Source of the DNA: Perna viridis
Lineage: Eukaryota
Assembly: GCA_037379345.1 (NCBI GenBank)
Contig: CM074519.1
Location: forward strand, 41,708,851-41,772,850
Direction: 5' to 3'
DNA: 64,000 nucleotides
The notes under the pieces are model-generated. The model ran no database searches. It saw only the letters and a program-made list of their open reading frames with translations, and was not told the DNA's origin. Below, piece after piece: positions 50,401-60,236 of the stretch. The position numbers were made by a program, and so were the translations under genes. How positions within the stretch are numbered: position 1 is the stretch's first letter; each line of letters begins with the position of its first letter.

Positions 50401-53400
50401 GTACGATTTATACACGGGGTCAAATACCTACCCAGGAAGTTTTGATGGATGTCCTAAAGAAGATGATGCTTGTAATTCTAACAGCATCAACCAGCCTAAG
50501 AAATGTGGTGATAATGGTGACTGTCAGCTGACTAATGCTGTCACTGGAGAAACTGTATGTGTTTGTCACAGTGGTTGGAGAGGCAATAGATGTCAAACCA
50601 GTAAGGAACAGTCAACTAATTATTGCAGATACTTCTTTTTTTAATATATAATCATTGTTGAAAGTGTAATTTGAAATTCTCACCAAGGCAAATCATGAAA
50701 ATTAGCACAAACGAAATTTCCATGTTTAAAGTGACCAAATAGATGTCAGTTATTGTTCACCGTTTAATTCACCATAACAGTCTCACATTCTTTATGTACT
50801 TTTTAACATAAATGTTTTAGAAGTTGGACATAAAAATACTATACTAAAACTCATGCCCCACAACACAGCAGCAGCAATAATCAATTTACATTAACATGCC
50901 ATATTAGGCTGAGTAACTTTATAGTGCTTTCTATCAGGTACAACTGTGAGAGACTTGTACCAGGCTGGTAGTTACATGGACTGGACACTAACTTCAGCCC
51001 TACAGAGTTTGTTGAACCAATGGGATACTGATGTCCATGTGATGTATAGGACACGAGACAAGGATGGTGTAATATTCCATGTGTCGTCCACCATCAGTGA
51101 TGAGTTTATCAGACTTGAGGTATGTTTCCTTTAGACAGAGTTGCGTACCCTTACAATGTTATGTATTGCTTATGACTTTTAGGCAATCTTGTGACTTTTA
51201 GGCAGTCTTATGACTTTTTATGACTTTTAGGCAATCTTATGCCCTTACAATTGTTGTCAAACTTTCTGAATTACTTTTATTCCTAGATTTTTTTTTTATT
51301 TCATTACATCTTTTTTATAAGACTCTCTAACTGTTGTACCAATGGTCATTTCTGGTTTGAAAAAACAAAACAAAACAAAACTATGTCCAGACATAGTTGT
51401 GGTGAAAAGTGATGCATTTTATTCATATTCAGCCACAACTTGGATGGTTACTGTCCACAAAATCAGCTTTTTGTGACAAAAAAGGAACATTTTGATTTTT
51501 TATCTCAATTTACTATTTTTTGGGGCACACCTTACGATTTTCATCATCAGGTCTGCCTTAGAATTTCAGGTTACAAATTACAATTGAAAATAACCTTAAT
51601 CAGTGGGCATATTTCACTCCAGTAGAATATGACTAAATATTCTTGATTTCTGAAAGGTCTGTAAGTTTTCAAATATTTATTATAGATATTTGTAATGATG
51701 ACACCCCATTACTATTTTGTGTTAAAAATACTATGAACAAGTTTTACATATGATAGTTACTAGAGAATATATATTACAAGTACATGTATTCTATGATGTC
51801 TACAGATTGTGAGTGGCCATTTACAAGTATTGTACAACCTTGGTGATGGTAACCATGTTGGTAGTCTAGATCGTGTATCAGCCAATGATGGACAATGGCA
51901 CACCGTCAAAATTAAAAGACGAGGGAAGTTTATGGCTTTGTCAATGGACAATGGTGAAGGTTCACATTACTGGGAGTTCCAGGGACCAGACAGTGGTCAT
52001 CATTTGTTTGAAGTCCGTCCAAACCAAATATATGCTGGGGCTGCCTTGGACTATGGTCACACCACCCCACAAGTGGCAGATAAAGATTTGGATAGCGGTA
52101 AGTCTAATTGTCAGATTTTACATGGAAAATCACACAATAGACAGGTGAATACTGAGCATTCCTGGTAAAATCTGAAAATATTCAAATAAAAGATCTACTT
52201 TATAGACAGCAGGTTCCTAGTTATGTTACCAGTAATCAATATATGAATTTAACCGTTGACCATCTAAGCACTGAGAGTCTGATTTCATTCTGACAGGAAA
52301 TTAATCTGTAATACTGAGTAAGGATCTTTACTAGTTTCCTATTCTTCTATAAAAACAAGATGTTGCTTGCATCTTTAATTTTTTTCAAATTATGAAGAAA
52401 ATTAAATCCTAGCTGACATAAATACATTGGATCAATATATTCAAATTCGACCTCTTACAGGTTCCACCTTTCTTGTATTATTTTCTATTTTAATTCAATG
52501 TTGTATTTATTTCAGTTTGCCTGAATGATATTCGTCTTCATAATAAATGGTTCCCTGTGACAAAAGCAGAAAATTCCCAGACTACATTTGTAAAGTTGGG
52601 TCAGTCTGTGTATACAAGAGAGAACTGTGTAAGGGATGACTGTGCCAATATTGTATGTCCAGATACATTTGTCTGTCGACCTCTGTGGGAGGCCTATGAG
52701 TGTGTGTAAGTATACAAATTATCTTTTGTTAATTGACATCTGTTGATGGCCTTTGAGTGTGTTGTAAGTACAAAAATATTAATTCTTCATATTTTCTGTT
52801 GCTGGAATAGAAGACAAATATAAGGTAGATTTCTCAGGGGTTATGTCCCTTTGACTGAATCTGGTGTAGATACAATGAAATGAGGTCTTATGAATATATT
52901 TTTGTTTTATCATCAATTTTGTTCTTTTTTAGAAACTAATAAAGCATACACACTTATATGGATTGTTAACTTGCAATCTCATCTGAACTTTGAAGTTATA
53001 TATCTTATTATATTATCTGTTTTTAAAAGAGCTTTGTTTCATAATATTTATAAAATCTCTGATATTTTACATGAAAGCGCTGATATGGTCAAATCTGGGT
53101 AAACATTTTTCTCAAAATTCTTGGTATATCTTGTGACTTTAACATACCATCTTGTCTATTTCCAGTTGTCCACCTCACCACATTAAGGTTGGAAGTGACC
53201 AGTGTGTTCCAATCGATTACTGTAGTCAGCTGACACCGTGCCACCCTGACGCAACATGTGTTAACGATGTCACTAATGACTATGGTTATCGATGTGACTG
53301 TCATGCTGGTTGGTCAGGAAGAACATGCTACACGGCACCTTATGTAGAACCAGCCTCTGCAGGCATTTATGCAGAAATATGGGTCCCAATTATAGTTATA

Positions 53401-55900
53401 CTACTTATATGTAAGTCTATTTTACTACTGAAATATTTAGATTTGTTTAACATGATTTATTGCTTTGTTATATCAATTTCAAGATCAAATGTCCCGGAGT
53501 ATTAGATGTGTATATTTAGTACCTGTTCCTTGTTTTATGGTTATTTGTTATTGTCTTGATATGATTTGTCTATTTCAGATAATTTTTTACTATTTCCACA
53601 TTATTTACTTTATTATACCTTGTAAGCACAACTTCTCTTAAATTTTTTAAAGGATTTTGATGAAATTTCATAGGAAGGTTGGGTATCATATGTAGTTGTG
53701 CATGAAGGAATATGATTTTTGTTTGATGACTCCATAAGAAGATATTCCAACAAGCTTTTTACAGTTAAGGCAAATGTACCTCTGTGTTAGTATTATATAG
53801 TTAATAGGTGAAAATATATTTCTCTCTCCCTTTTATCTTTATTACAATATCACACATTTGTAGTTTTCTGCCACTGCGCAAAAGGGGACATAGAAATACT
53901 GGTGACAGTCCGTCCAGTCACACTTGTGGATGCAACTTTGGCTTGGAAACTTGTTGACAGATTTTGTTCAAATTTTGTAGGATTGTTATTTACCAAATGA
54001 GGTTGATCATATTGCCCCACCATTTTGATTCGATACATTTTATAGGAGTAATGGGACTTTAACACTTCCAGTATTTTTGCAGCAGCAGAGGACATATGGC
54101 TACGAATTGCTTGTTTATTCCAACTTTAAACTTTTAGTAGATAACACTGTAAGACTGCCTGGTTAGTCAGAAGGTAATCAGATAGTACCATCAGTACTTT
54201 AAAACTTACTTATAAAGTCAGTTTTTTTCTCTTTGCATCTGTTGTGTATGCCATGTCATTTGAACTTTGACCTTTTGTTCACGGTAGAAGTATATTTTGC
54301 TCTGATTTTTTTTCAGTATTAGTGGCTGCACTCATCTTCTGGAAGTGTCGCACAACTGATGAGGGTCTTATTGATGAAGATGAAAAAGAAGATTATGAAG
54401 TACGGGAAAATGTCATGGATTATGATGAAGAAGGAGCTGGTAACTGTTGTTTTGAATTAAAATTTTGAAGTCACGTTTTGTTTTTTAAGGGTATAAAACT
54501 GTACCATGTATATGGTGTGACTAAAGGCAAAGATAATGAAATGCATATAAAATGTGTTTTTATCTGTGAAATTCATGATTTAGTACATGAAACTGTCAAC
54601 TGAGAAAATCAGTCCACTTATTCTGGCTTCTATTATGGGATAAATGTTGAAGGTTTTTTTTTATTTTGTGTAGTGAATTGATTGTACACAATTAACTTAT
54701 ATGTATATGATGAGAAATGTACATAAAAATGAAAACCCTAGTTATAAGAAGAATTGAGTTGTAGACTTAGATGATGTTTTTAGATTTATTTCAGTTAATA
54801 TTATTATACCCCTCCTCCAAAGGGGAGGGTGAATATTGTTTTACCCTTGTCCTTGTGTCTGTGCTTCTGTCCGTAATTGTCACTGATATATCTATTTTTC
54901 TCTATATGATTTAGATGGCAAATTCACACATAATATAGTTGCCTGACATTTGTTATTTTAGGTGAAGATGATTATGAAGGTCACATAGCTGGACTTGGAA
55001 GATTACCAGATCTGACCCGCATGGATAAACCAGTTCATGTTGATAATCTCAATAGAGGTGGTAAGTATTGATGTACTGCAACATAACAGGAAATCCACCA
55101 ATCATAATTGTCATTAGCCTAGGGGGCACTTCCTTTATATAAGGTGATAAGACATGCCACTGGAATAGGTACCATTTTCCAGCTTGCAAATATGTGAATA
55201 GTTATGGAGAAATGAACATAATTATATGACAGGAAGACTCCACTGTTTTTCTTGAGTTCTAATGTAAAGTTCAGATTAGGTTCCTTTTTAATTTTCATTT
55301 TTACTTCTCTAAGTATGCTGTTTTATACCTTTGCTCCCCCTTTTATACCTTGCCAAATGGTCTGTCCATCCCTTGTAAGTTTTCAGATGATAATCTGAGA
55401 ACAAATCAATGAATGTTTTTAAAACTTTGCACAGTATAAGTAGTATAAAACACAGGTTAAGATTAGTTTGCAATCCCCTTTTTTTCAATATTACATGGTA
55501 GTGTATCACTTAATATTCCATTTTCACCCTTTTTTATTTTTTTAAGATTTGATGTGCATTCTGTATTGCCTTACAATGTGGCAGAGTATCAATTAAATTC
55601 ACATTAGATGCCTTCTTTTCATATTAGTCTTTCTTTTATATTACAGCACCACCAGGTGGTCCAGGGATTGGTGATTTTATTGGTGACCGTTTAGAGGATG
55701 CTGATGATGATGGCGGTGCTCCACCATATGACACAATGAAAACATTTGACTTCGAGGGAGAAGGTAGTGATGCTGGCTCATTAAGTTCTCTTGGCACATC
55801 GACATCTGGTGGCGATCAGGATTACGACTATCTCAATGAGTGGGGACCAAAGTTTGCTAAACTTGCTGACATGTACAATAAATATGAGGACTCTGATTGA
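17651..55900 (+). CDS. CadN: Type III classical cadherin (neural-cadherin/DN-cadherin-like), 35 coding exons, about 2899 aa
   Basis: 35 GT-AG exons sum to 8700 nt in one continuous frame ending TGA at 55898-55900. Domain order: signal peptide, degenerate N-terminal EC-like region, furin-type RRKR site, about 16 cadherin repeats (LDRE/LDYE, DxNDNxP, DDGSCC), nonchordate cadherin domain ([12 protein letters not shown]), EGF-LamG-EGF-LamG-EGF-EGF, TM helix, p120 site ([16 protein letters not shown]), beta-catenin site ([13 protein letters not shown]...[17 protein letters not shown]). Confidence 0.95.
19740..20705 (+). mobile_element. Degenerate Penelope-like retroelement: GIY-YIG endonuclease C-terminus plus pLTR/3' end
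   Basis: Frameshifted CQPCG..KRCKTC...[37 protein letters not shown]...LSRHL...[14 protein letters not shown], the typical PLE CCHH linker plus GIY-YIG; ends in a (TA)n tract. Confidence 0.85.
20601..20648 (+). ncRNA. Degenerate minimal hammerhead ribozyme motif of the PLE pLTR
   Basis: tTGAaGA-aGGATAtcggtTATCC-GAAA-tattTA: stem II GGATA/TATCC, palindromic stem III AAATATTT; C3 is T and stem I is weak. Confidence 0.45.
21005..21062 (-). mobile_element. 5'-truncated retroposon tail insertion with 8-bp TSD
   Basis: GAGTCGTC at 20997-21004 and 21063-21070; the paralogous empty site has one copy at 20799-20806; reverse complement reads catctgaa...ggacgttaaaaaaaa. Confidence 0.65.
25043..25287. 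mobile_element. MITE with CAGGGGCGGATCCAGG TIR and 5-bp TSD (hAT5-like)
   Basis: TSD AAAGC at 25038-25042 and 25288-25292; TIR caggggcggatccagg / cctgaatccgccttg. Confidence 0.78.
26563..26748 (+). CDS. CadN: cadherin exon 2
   Basis: [18 protein letters not shown]...[15 protein letters not shown]|gtaagc. Confidence 0.9.
27528..27759 (+). CDS. CadN: cadherin exon 3
   Basis: [18 protein letters not shown]...[16 protein letters not shown]. Confidence 0.9.
28204..28447 (+). CDS. CadN: cadherin exon 4
   Basis: FDTYRPDG...[32 protein letters not shown]. Confidence 0.88.
28908..29016 (+). CDS. CadN: cadherin exon 5
   Basis: [36 protein letters not shown]. Confidence 0.9.
29360..29722. repeat. 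About 30-bp minisatellite in cadherin intron 5
   Basis: gaagccatgacactcctgtcccata.ag, about 12 units. Confidence 0.9.
31517..31625 (+). CDS. CadN: cadherin exon 6
   Basis: [37 protein letters not shown]. Confidence 0.9.
31618..32197 (+). repeat. 66-68-bp tandem array starting at the cadherin exon 6 donor
   Basis: GTGAATG(G/A)GTAAGT with GT at 31626, 31694, 31762, 31829; 66-bp GTGAATGTGTAAAT-type units at 31961, 32027, 32093, 32159. Confidence 0.9.
32614..32864 (+). CDS. CadN: cadherin exon 7
   Basis: [22 protein letters not shown]...NVNDEKPEF...AVDLDGD. Confidence 0.92.
33235..33515 (+). CDS. CadN: cadherin exon 8
   Basis: [10 protein letters not shown]...[10 protein letters not shown]...KPEFTQC. 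Confidence 0.92.
34052..34504 (+). CDS. CadN: cadherin exon 9
   Basis: [12 protein letters not shown]...LDRES...DDNDNKPEF...QALSSA. Confidence 0.93.
34914..35291 (+). CDS. CadN: cadherin exon 10
   Basis: [16 protein letters not shown]...[16 protein letters not shown]. Confidence 0.92.
35698..35910. repeat. About 61-bp degenerate tandem repeat
   Basis: ccttatt.taag.taacc...ggtgtaccagg...agcct.taaa.tga, about 3.5 units. Confidence 0.8.
35952..36155 (+). CDS. CadN: cadherin exon 11
   Basis: DSKLG...[10 protein letters not shown]...[11 protein letters not shown]. Confidence 0.92.
36605..37166 (+). mobile_element. HINE/Helentron-type element with internal tandem core repeats
   Basis: Repeated degenerate cores (gagaaatct...aaattt, cctagaaagc-ggaaa), acagacagaatgacggacagac microsatellite and terminal ccc...ggggtataa hairpin. 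Confidence 0.65.
37206..37410 (+). mobile_element. Tc1/mariner-type MITE (TA TSD), copy 1
   Basis: TA-(c)tgtgaaagt...ctttcacag-TA; homologous to 43554-43756 and 58433-58637. Confidence 0.8.
37569..37755 (+). CDS. CadN: cadherin exon 12
   Basis: LKYSLDG...FDRESIPG...DGYPSARP...QPNS. Confidence 0.92.
38205..38345 (+). CDS. CadN: cadherin exon 13
   Basis: [23 protein letters not shown]...AKDLD. Confidence 0.92.
38455..38750. repeat. About 29-bp minisatellite
   Basis: tattggctaagatataatttctgactac, about 10 units. Confidence 0.9.
39018..39139 (+). CDS. CadN: cadherin exon 14
   Basis: [10 protein letters not shown]...[16 protein letters not shown]. Confidence 0.92.
39572..39748 (+). CDS. CadN: cadherin exon 15
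   Basis: [13 protein letters not shown]...DVNDNPPIF. Confidence 0.92.
39902..40142. repeat. About 40-bp minisatellite
   Basis: gtagtttcaccatc.gggg.ctactagtggggaagaaatgt, about 6 units. Confidence 0.9.
40798..41116 (+). CDS. CadN: cadherin exon 16
   Basis: ANATDPD...[12 protein letters not shown]...DINDNAPVF...KENSPV. Confidence 0.93.
41362..41833 (+). mobile_element. SINE-like non-autonomous retroposon with 12-bp TSD
   Basis: TSD ATTGGTCAAATG at 41350-41361 and 41834-41845; 3' tail gctgaaatattgct...ggacgttaaacccc(aaca)n; GC-rich body against an AT-rich intron. Confidence 0.85.
42252..42709 (+). CDS. CadN: cadherin exon 17
   Basis: [14 protein letters not shown]...LDREMY...DINDNPPVF...GVYNGS. 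Confidence 0.92.
43054..43298 (+). CDS. CadN: cadherin exon 18
   Basis: NPDFEAGE...DVNDEKPIF...FTATDRDNG. Confidence 0.92.
43554..43756 (-). mobile_element. Tc1/mariner-type MITE (TA TSD), copy 2, inverted
   Basis: TA-ctgtgaaag...ctttcacag-TA; the internal sequence is the reverse complement of copy 1. Confidence 0.8.
43799..43965 (+). CDS. CadN: cadherin exon 19
   Basis: YSIAQAP...[22 protein letters not shown]. Confidence 0.92.
44582..44836 (+). CDS. CadN: cadherin exon 20
   Basis: [23 protein letters not shown]...[12 protein letters not shown]. Confidence 0.93.
45474..45695 (+). CDS. CadN: cadherin exon 21
   Basis: GDGGNG...[13 protein letters not shown]...[16 protein letters not shown]...VYNYKG. 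Confidence 0.93.
46428..46542 (+). CDS. CadN: cadherin exon 22
   Basis: [27 protein letters not shown]. Confidence 0.92.
46794..46972 (+). CDS. CadN: cadherin exon 23
   Basis: [10 protein letters not shown]...[13 protein letters not shown]. Confidence 0.92.
47130..47353 (+). CDS. CadN: cadherin exon 24 (nonchordate cadherin domain)
   Basis: TTPQNFI...[18 protein letters not shown]. Confidence 0.93.
47853..48115 (+). CDS. CadN: cadherin exon 25
   Basis: [16 protein letters not shown]...[12 protein letters not shown]. Confidence 0.92.
48096..48590 (+). repeat. 32-41-bp tandem array starting at the cadherin exon 25 donor
   Basis: attactggaatgttctaag|gta repeated about 6 times clearly (48096-48300), then degenerating. 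Confidence 0.85.
48790..49141 (+). CDS. CadN: cadherin exon 26 (EGF end / LamG1)
   Basis: [13 protein letters not shown]...LEQC...YNGP...LSDGKWH. Confidence 0.93.
49566..49796 (+). CDS. CadN: cadherin exon 27
   Basis: RVTMTVDYC...[11 protein letters not shown]...[11 protein letters not shown]. Confidence 0.93.
50399..50600 (+). CDS. CadN: cadherin exon 28 (EGF)
   Basis: LYDL...GCPKEDDAC...[14 protein letters not shown]. Confidence 0.92.
50938..51119 (+). CDS. CadN: cadherin exon 29 (LamG2)
   Basis: TTVRDL...[12 protein letters not shown]...FIRLE. Confidence 0.92.
51806..52097 (+). CDS. CadN: cadherin exon 30
   Basis: [13 protein letters not shown]...ANDGQWHTV...MDNGEG. Confidence 0.92.
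52516..52705 (+). CDS. CadN: cadherin exon 31
   Basis: [13 protein letters not shown]...[16 protein letters not shown]. Confidence 0.92.
53166..53410 (+). CDS. CadN: cadherin exon 32 (EGF + start of TM)
   Basis: CPP...[12 protein letters not shown]...[11 protein letters not shown]. Confidence 0.92.
53855..54010 (-). repeat. HINE-type fragment, reverse orientation
   Basis: ggggacatagaaat...gtccgtcc, the inverted form of the ggacggac...atttctatgtcccc end motif. Confidence 0.5.
54317..54439 (+). CDS. CadN: cadherin exon 33 (TM end, p120 site)
   Basis: [11 protein letters not shown]...[13 protein letters not shown]. Confidence 0.93.
54962..55060 (+). CDS. CadN: cadherin exon 34
   Basis: [33 protein letters not shown]. 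Confidence 0.9.
55647..55900 (+). CDS. CadN: cadherin exon 35 (beta-catenin-binding tail, stop)
   Basis: [22 protein letters not shown]...[13 protein letters not shown]...[24 protein letters not shown]. Confidence 0.95.
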
Positions 55901-58432
55901 ATGAGATAAAAGTGCTTTTATGGTTGTGTGTATGTGCCAATTTGCCATAGCATTGAGCTCATGAATATTCATGAAGTTGTGTGAGTGATTTAACATGTGG
56001 CAGCTGCATCGTTAATATATGCAAATGAGATGCAAATAAAAAACTTTCATTTGAATTGCCATGAAATCAAAAGCTTAAATAATGCTTGTGATTTGATTTT
56101 GTTTTAAATGTAGTATTACTGTAAGAAATGTTTTGTACAATTGATTATTTATTTAAAATCACATTTCTCATTTTGATTTGTCAGAATTATTTTATTTTAC
56201 TACTTGTAATTGGTTGGTAGACTGGTCTTACCTAGATACATGTATTGAATTAGAATTTGCAGGTAAAACCATCTAGAACTACTCATTCCAGTTCTATCTA
56301 CTGGTATTATAGTGTTGTGCTAGGGATTAAAAGGCTGACATGCAGTTGAAAAAATTCCTTTACTTTTGAAAGAAAAAAGAATAGGAAGAGTTACTAACAC
56401 TGCTTTAGATTAATTTGTTCTGAGCTTATTTGTCTGAAATTAGTGCTTATGTTGAGTTTTGTAAGCTTGATACATATACAATGTATTTAATTGAAATAGT
56501 TTAAAGAATTTATCTTTTTTTATGTTTAATTTTTATCAATAGAAGTGTATTTTTGTCTCCTTAATGACCTAAATATCTGTATGTTACTGTCTTCTGACAG
56601 AATATACACCTCATTACATGTAATTTTCATCAATGTCTATTTTTAGATTTTATGCCTTTTTCTAATTTATAGGTATGCATGGAAAATATGATTATTCATG
56701 ATTCATCATTTTTATCTGGATGTATATAATATTGTTCTTTTCATGACAAATTTTTTTGATACAGACATATCATTTCCCCTCAAAGGAGGTTAATATTTAG
56801 ATCATTCCCAAGAACAAAGTAACATCCTTTACTTGCATATTCAATATTGAATTATTTTGAATCTCAGTCTTATGATATTTTTGTGTCACTATTCTATAAA
56901 ACAAACATAGAAATGCAGCTTCAATTATATATTGTACTTATAACTATTGAGCAATGGATATCTACTTCACTGAATTATCATTTGTATATAATGAAGTCAG
57001 ACTTTTAGCTCTACCAGAATACTATTGATTGTTATCTGATGGAGAATACATTTGTAATTGACTTCATTGACAGTCTTTTTTATAAAACCATTCATCATTG
57101 TTGCCATTTCCAATCATTTCATCTGTAAATAAAATTTGAGTCATATGATTTCTTTCATTGAAATCGTGTGATATTTAAACCATTCCATTTGGTATCAGTG
57201 TCACTAATACTGAGGCATGTGATGGTGGCTGTCTCTCACTATTTAATTACCAGCTTTGTATTAATTGAATTGAATTTTCTTTTCTCGTGTAAGCAGTGGT
57301 ATACCTGCATGAACTGAAGGTTCATTTTCAGGTAGAGTCACATGTATATTACGATTTAAATTGTCTAAACCTCCTCTAGATTTTTTTTTGATAAAGTAAC
57401 AGGCATTATTGTTTCCAAAAGGTTCTAATATGTAGAAACTATTAGCATTGAAGGAAAGGTCATTTTACATACAGAAAAATGGCAGTTTTAAAGTCCAGAC
57501 AAAAATAAAAAAAACATAGCAAGCTGTAATTGCTGATAAAAGTTTCGACAAGTTTCTGATTTGTTCAGTATTTTTATGTGATTTTGTGACAATTAGTCTG
57601 CAATAATCACAAGATCGTCATAGTCATTTTCACATAAGTTTGGTGCAGATTTGTAAGTAACATTTATTCTGTTCAATTGATGGGCAGAGTGTCTTGGTTA
57701 ATAATCAATCTTTGATTATAAATAGAATGGAACAGTGTATACAGATGTATAGATTTATTAATATTTACACTTTATTTTGCTAGTTAAAGAGTTAAGAGTG
57801 GTCAAACTTTGATGTAAATATATTTGATAGTTTCATAAAATTAAATTTATGTTCATTTTGCTGCACTTAACATTGAACTTAATATATGACAATGTACTAT
57901 TTTTACTGGAAACCAAGGTTTAATTCTACTTACAACAGACATGCACATGGAAATTTAGGCTAACTAAAATGAAGTTTTGGTTCTCAGGCCTTCCAATCTT
58001 TAAATGGTGCCGCTTTATCAATAAATTTAAAACAAAGTATTACCTCCCTTATTTTCTTTCTGGCCTAAAGTTTCAGTAAAACTGCCAGCTGTGTGAATTT
58101 TTGGGATAATTAAGAAAGTTTGTGTCTTCATTGACCTTTTGAAAAAATGACCCAAAATAAAAGAAATTAAATTTGAATGACATGATTGAGATATCTGTCA
58201 TTTCTGAGACTTTCAATTCATAAGTCACCAAATTATTAGTGCATTTATACATTTAAAAAAAATCAAATTCCCAGCTTAATTTTGGTATATTTTGAACAAG
58301 AACTTTTAGTACTGTCTGATATCTTCCATTACAAAAATTCAGTTGTATAATTTTTTACTGTGTATTCAGAAATTTGTTTAATGGCTCTTATTCCAGTGAT
58401 GCATTATAGCTGAAATGGAATTTTTCTTTATA

Positions 58433-58637
58433 CTGTGAAAATACTCTAATTTGTGGATACCAATTTTCCTGGATTAGGGAGGAAACACATGTTTATGGAT
58501 TCTTGGATTCGTGGTTTTTAAGTTTTCAGTTAATACATCTATGGAAATTTCCTTTTCATTGGGAACCAAACTGCCTGGTATGACCTACCACAAAAACCAT
58601 GAAAATTGGTACCCCACAAACAATAGTACTTTCACAG
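58433..58637 (+). mobile_element. Tc1/mariner-type MITE (TA TSD), copy 3, in the putative cadherin 3' UTR
   Basis: TA-ctgtgaaaa...ctttcacag-TA; same internal motifs (ggataccaatttt, cattgggaaccaaa, ccatgaaaattgg). Confidence 0.8.
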
Positions 58638-59528
58638 TATTGTACACACTAAATACATGTAGGTGTTTTGTTCTTAAATGGCAAAATTGCAATAATACAT
58701 GTAAATGTTCACAATCAGTTCTGAATATATAGTACATATAGATGGATTTTATCAGAATAGAATGTTTTTATGATGTACTAATCTATGAAAGACCCTTTCT
58801 TAGATTTATTGTTTCTATAGAAATCCATGCATGTCCATTGTTGTCATGGTAACAAATCAAAGGTTGTGATATTTTATATGATTAATATTTCTTTTATACA
58901 TATCTCATTTGTGGAACAATGATGATTACTATGTACAATGTCTATTTCTTTAACAAAGTGATTTAGAGAAATAAAATTTTTCTAAAATACTTACCAGTTT
59001 TTCTATTACAGTCTTGAGTAGAGCTTGTTAGGGTAGAAAATCATAACCCACGAAACCAATAGGTGGTACAGATTGATAACCTTGTCTGTCCATCTCCACT
59101 TTAAATAATTGGATTGGTTCCAAATTTGGTATATTATAAGCAATTTTGGTTGCTGTCTGATATCAGATTCCTGTTTAATGGAGATACCCTGCACAACAAT
59201 GTATGTTACTTCATGTTTTATTGGTAATGTTTGCATGGACTATCTGTAAATTCATTTTAAAGTTCTTCTGTTCAACAAGTAGATCTCACCATTATCACAA
59301 TAGAAGCAATTTTCGCTAAAACTGGTCACTAAAATTTACTTCTGAAATCTTTCATGTGATAGCATAAGATCAACAATATATTGGATATCAAATCTTGAAC
59401 AGAAACATTTGGTGCAGGACAAACAGAAACATTTGGAGGTAACAATTAACTTGCTAAAAACAACAAGATAGGTCTTGACCAGTAATACATTTTGTAGTCT
59501 GAAAAAATAAAACTACACTGTGTAAAAG

Positions 59529-59544
59529 AATAAAATACTTTATT
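59529..59544. terminator. Adjacent opposite-strand poly(A) signals between the convergent cadherin and WD40 genes
   Basis: AATAAA (+) 59529-59534 and TTTATT (AATAAA on -) 59539-59544; other plus-strand AATAAA at 56035 and 58970. Confidence 0.4.
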
Positions 59545-60236
59545 TGCAGTTCTTTAAATTCATCCATACATTATGAACAAATTTAAAACAAAACCATAAC
59601 TCCACACTAAAATATTCCAATGCATATCTTCAGTATACTTCAGTACCTAAAAAAATGGTTAAACTGTTGCTTGTTCTATTAGTAGTGGAACACAATAGAC
59701 AAAAAACAATAATAATAATGCCTAGACAATATCTTTACATATCTTTCCTAAGGACTGCAGGTAATTGACAAATATCTACTAAATTTGATTGAAATAATTA
59801 AAAAACAATTTGGAAGAAAAGATCCCATTCCTCTATTGAAGAAAATTGAAAAAAATACAATGTTTTATTGACAGGACATGGTGATACAACAATGTTATTT
59901 ATTGTCCAACACTGTAAGACATACAATGAAAACTGCATGAAACAATAAATTAACATACTCAGCAACAAGTTTTACACAACACACATAGGTATAAAGAATC
60001 ATGTTTACATTGAAAAATCCTGTATAAATAGAAGTACTTTCCATATAATACACAGAAAAGTGCTTAATCATTTGTAGCATGTATGTTAAATTCCTATGTA
60101 TCAAAATAATAAGATAAAACCTTAGAACAGCATATTTACTTTTTTGAGACACAATTAGCATTGCACTTTTCACAAATTAAATATTTTAACACTCAGTTTC
60201 TGAGAAATTTCCTTTGACAGTGTTACTTAGATGATT

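Noticed and set aside
26563-55060. Mutually exclusive duplicated exons like those of Drosophila CadN
   Set aside because: I read the introns for paralogous cadherin or EGF exons and found none; the 35 exons form one continuous frame.
56019-56037. Two ATGCAAAT octamer motifs just after the cadherin stop
   Set aside because: Short motif in AT-rich sequence, overlapping a poly(A) signal; no supporting context.
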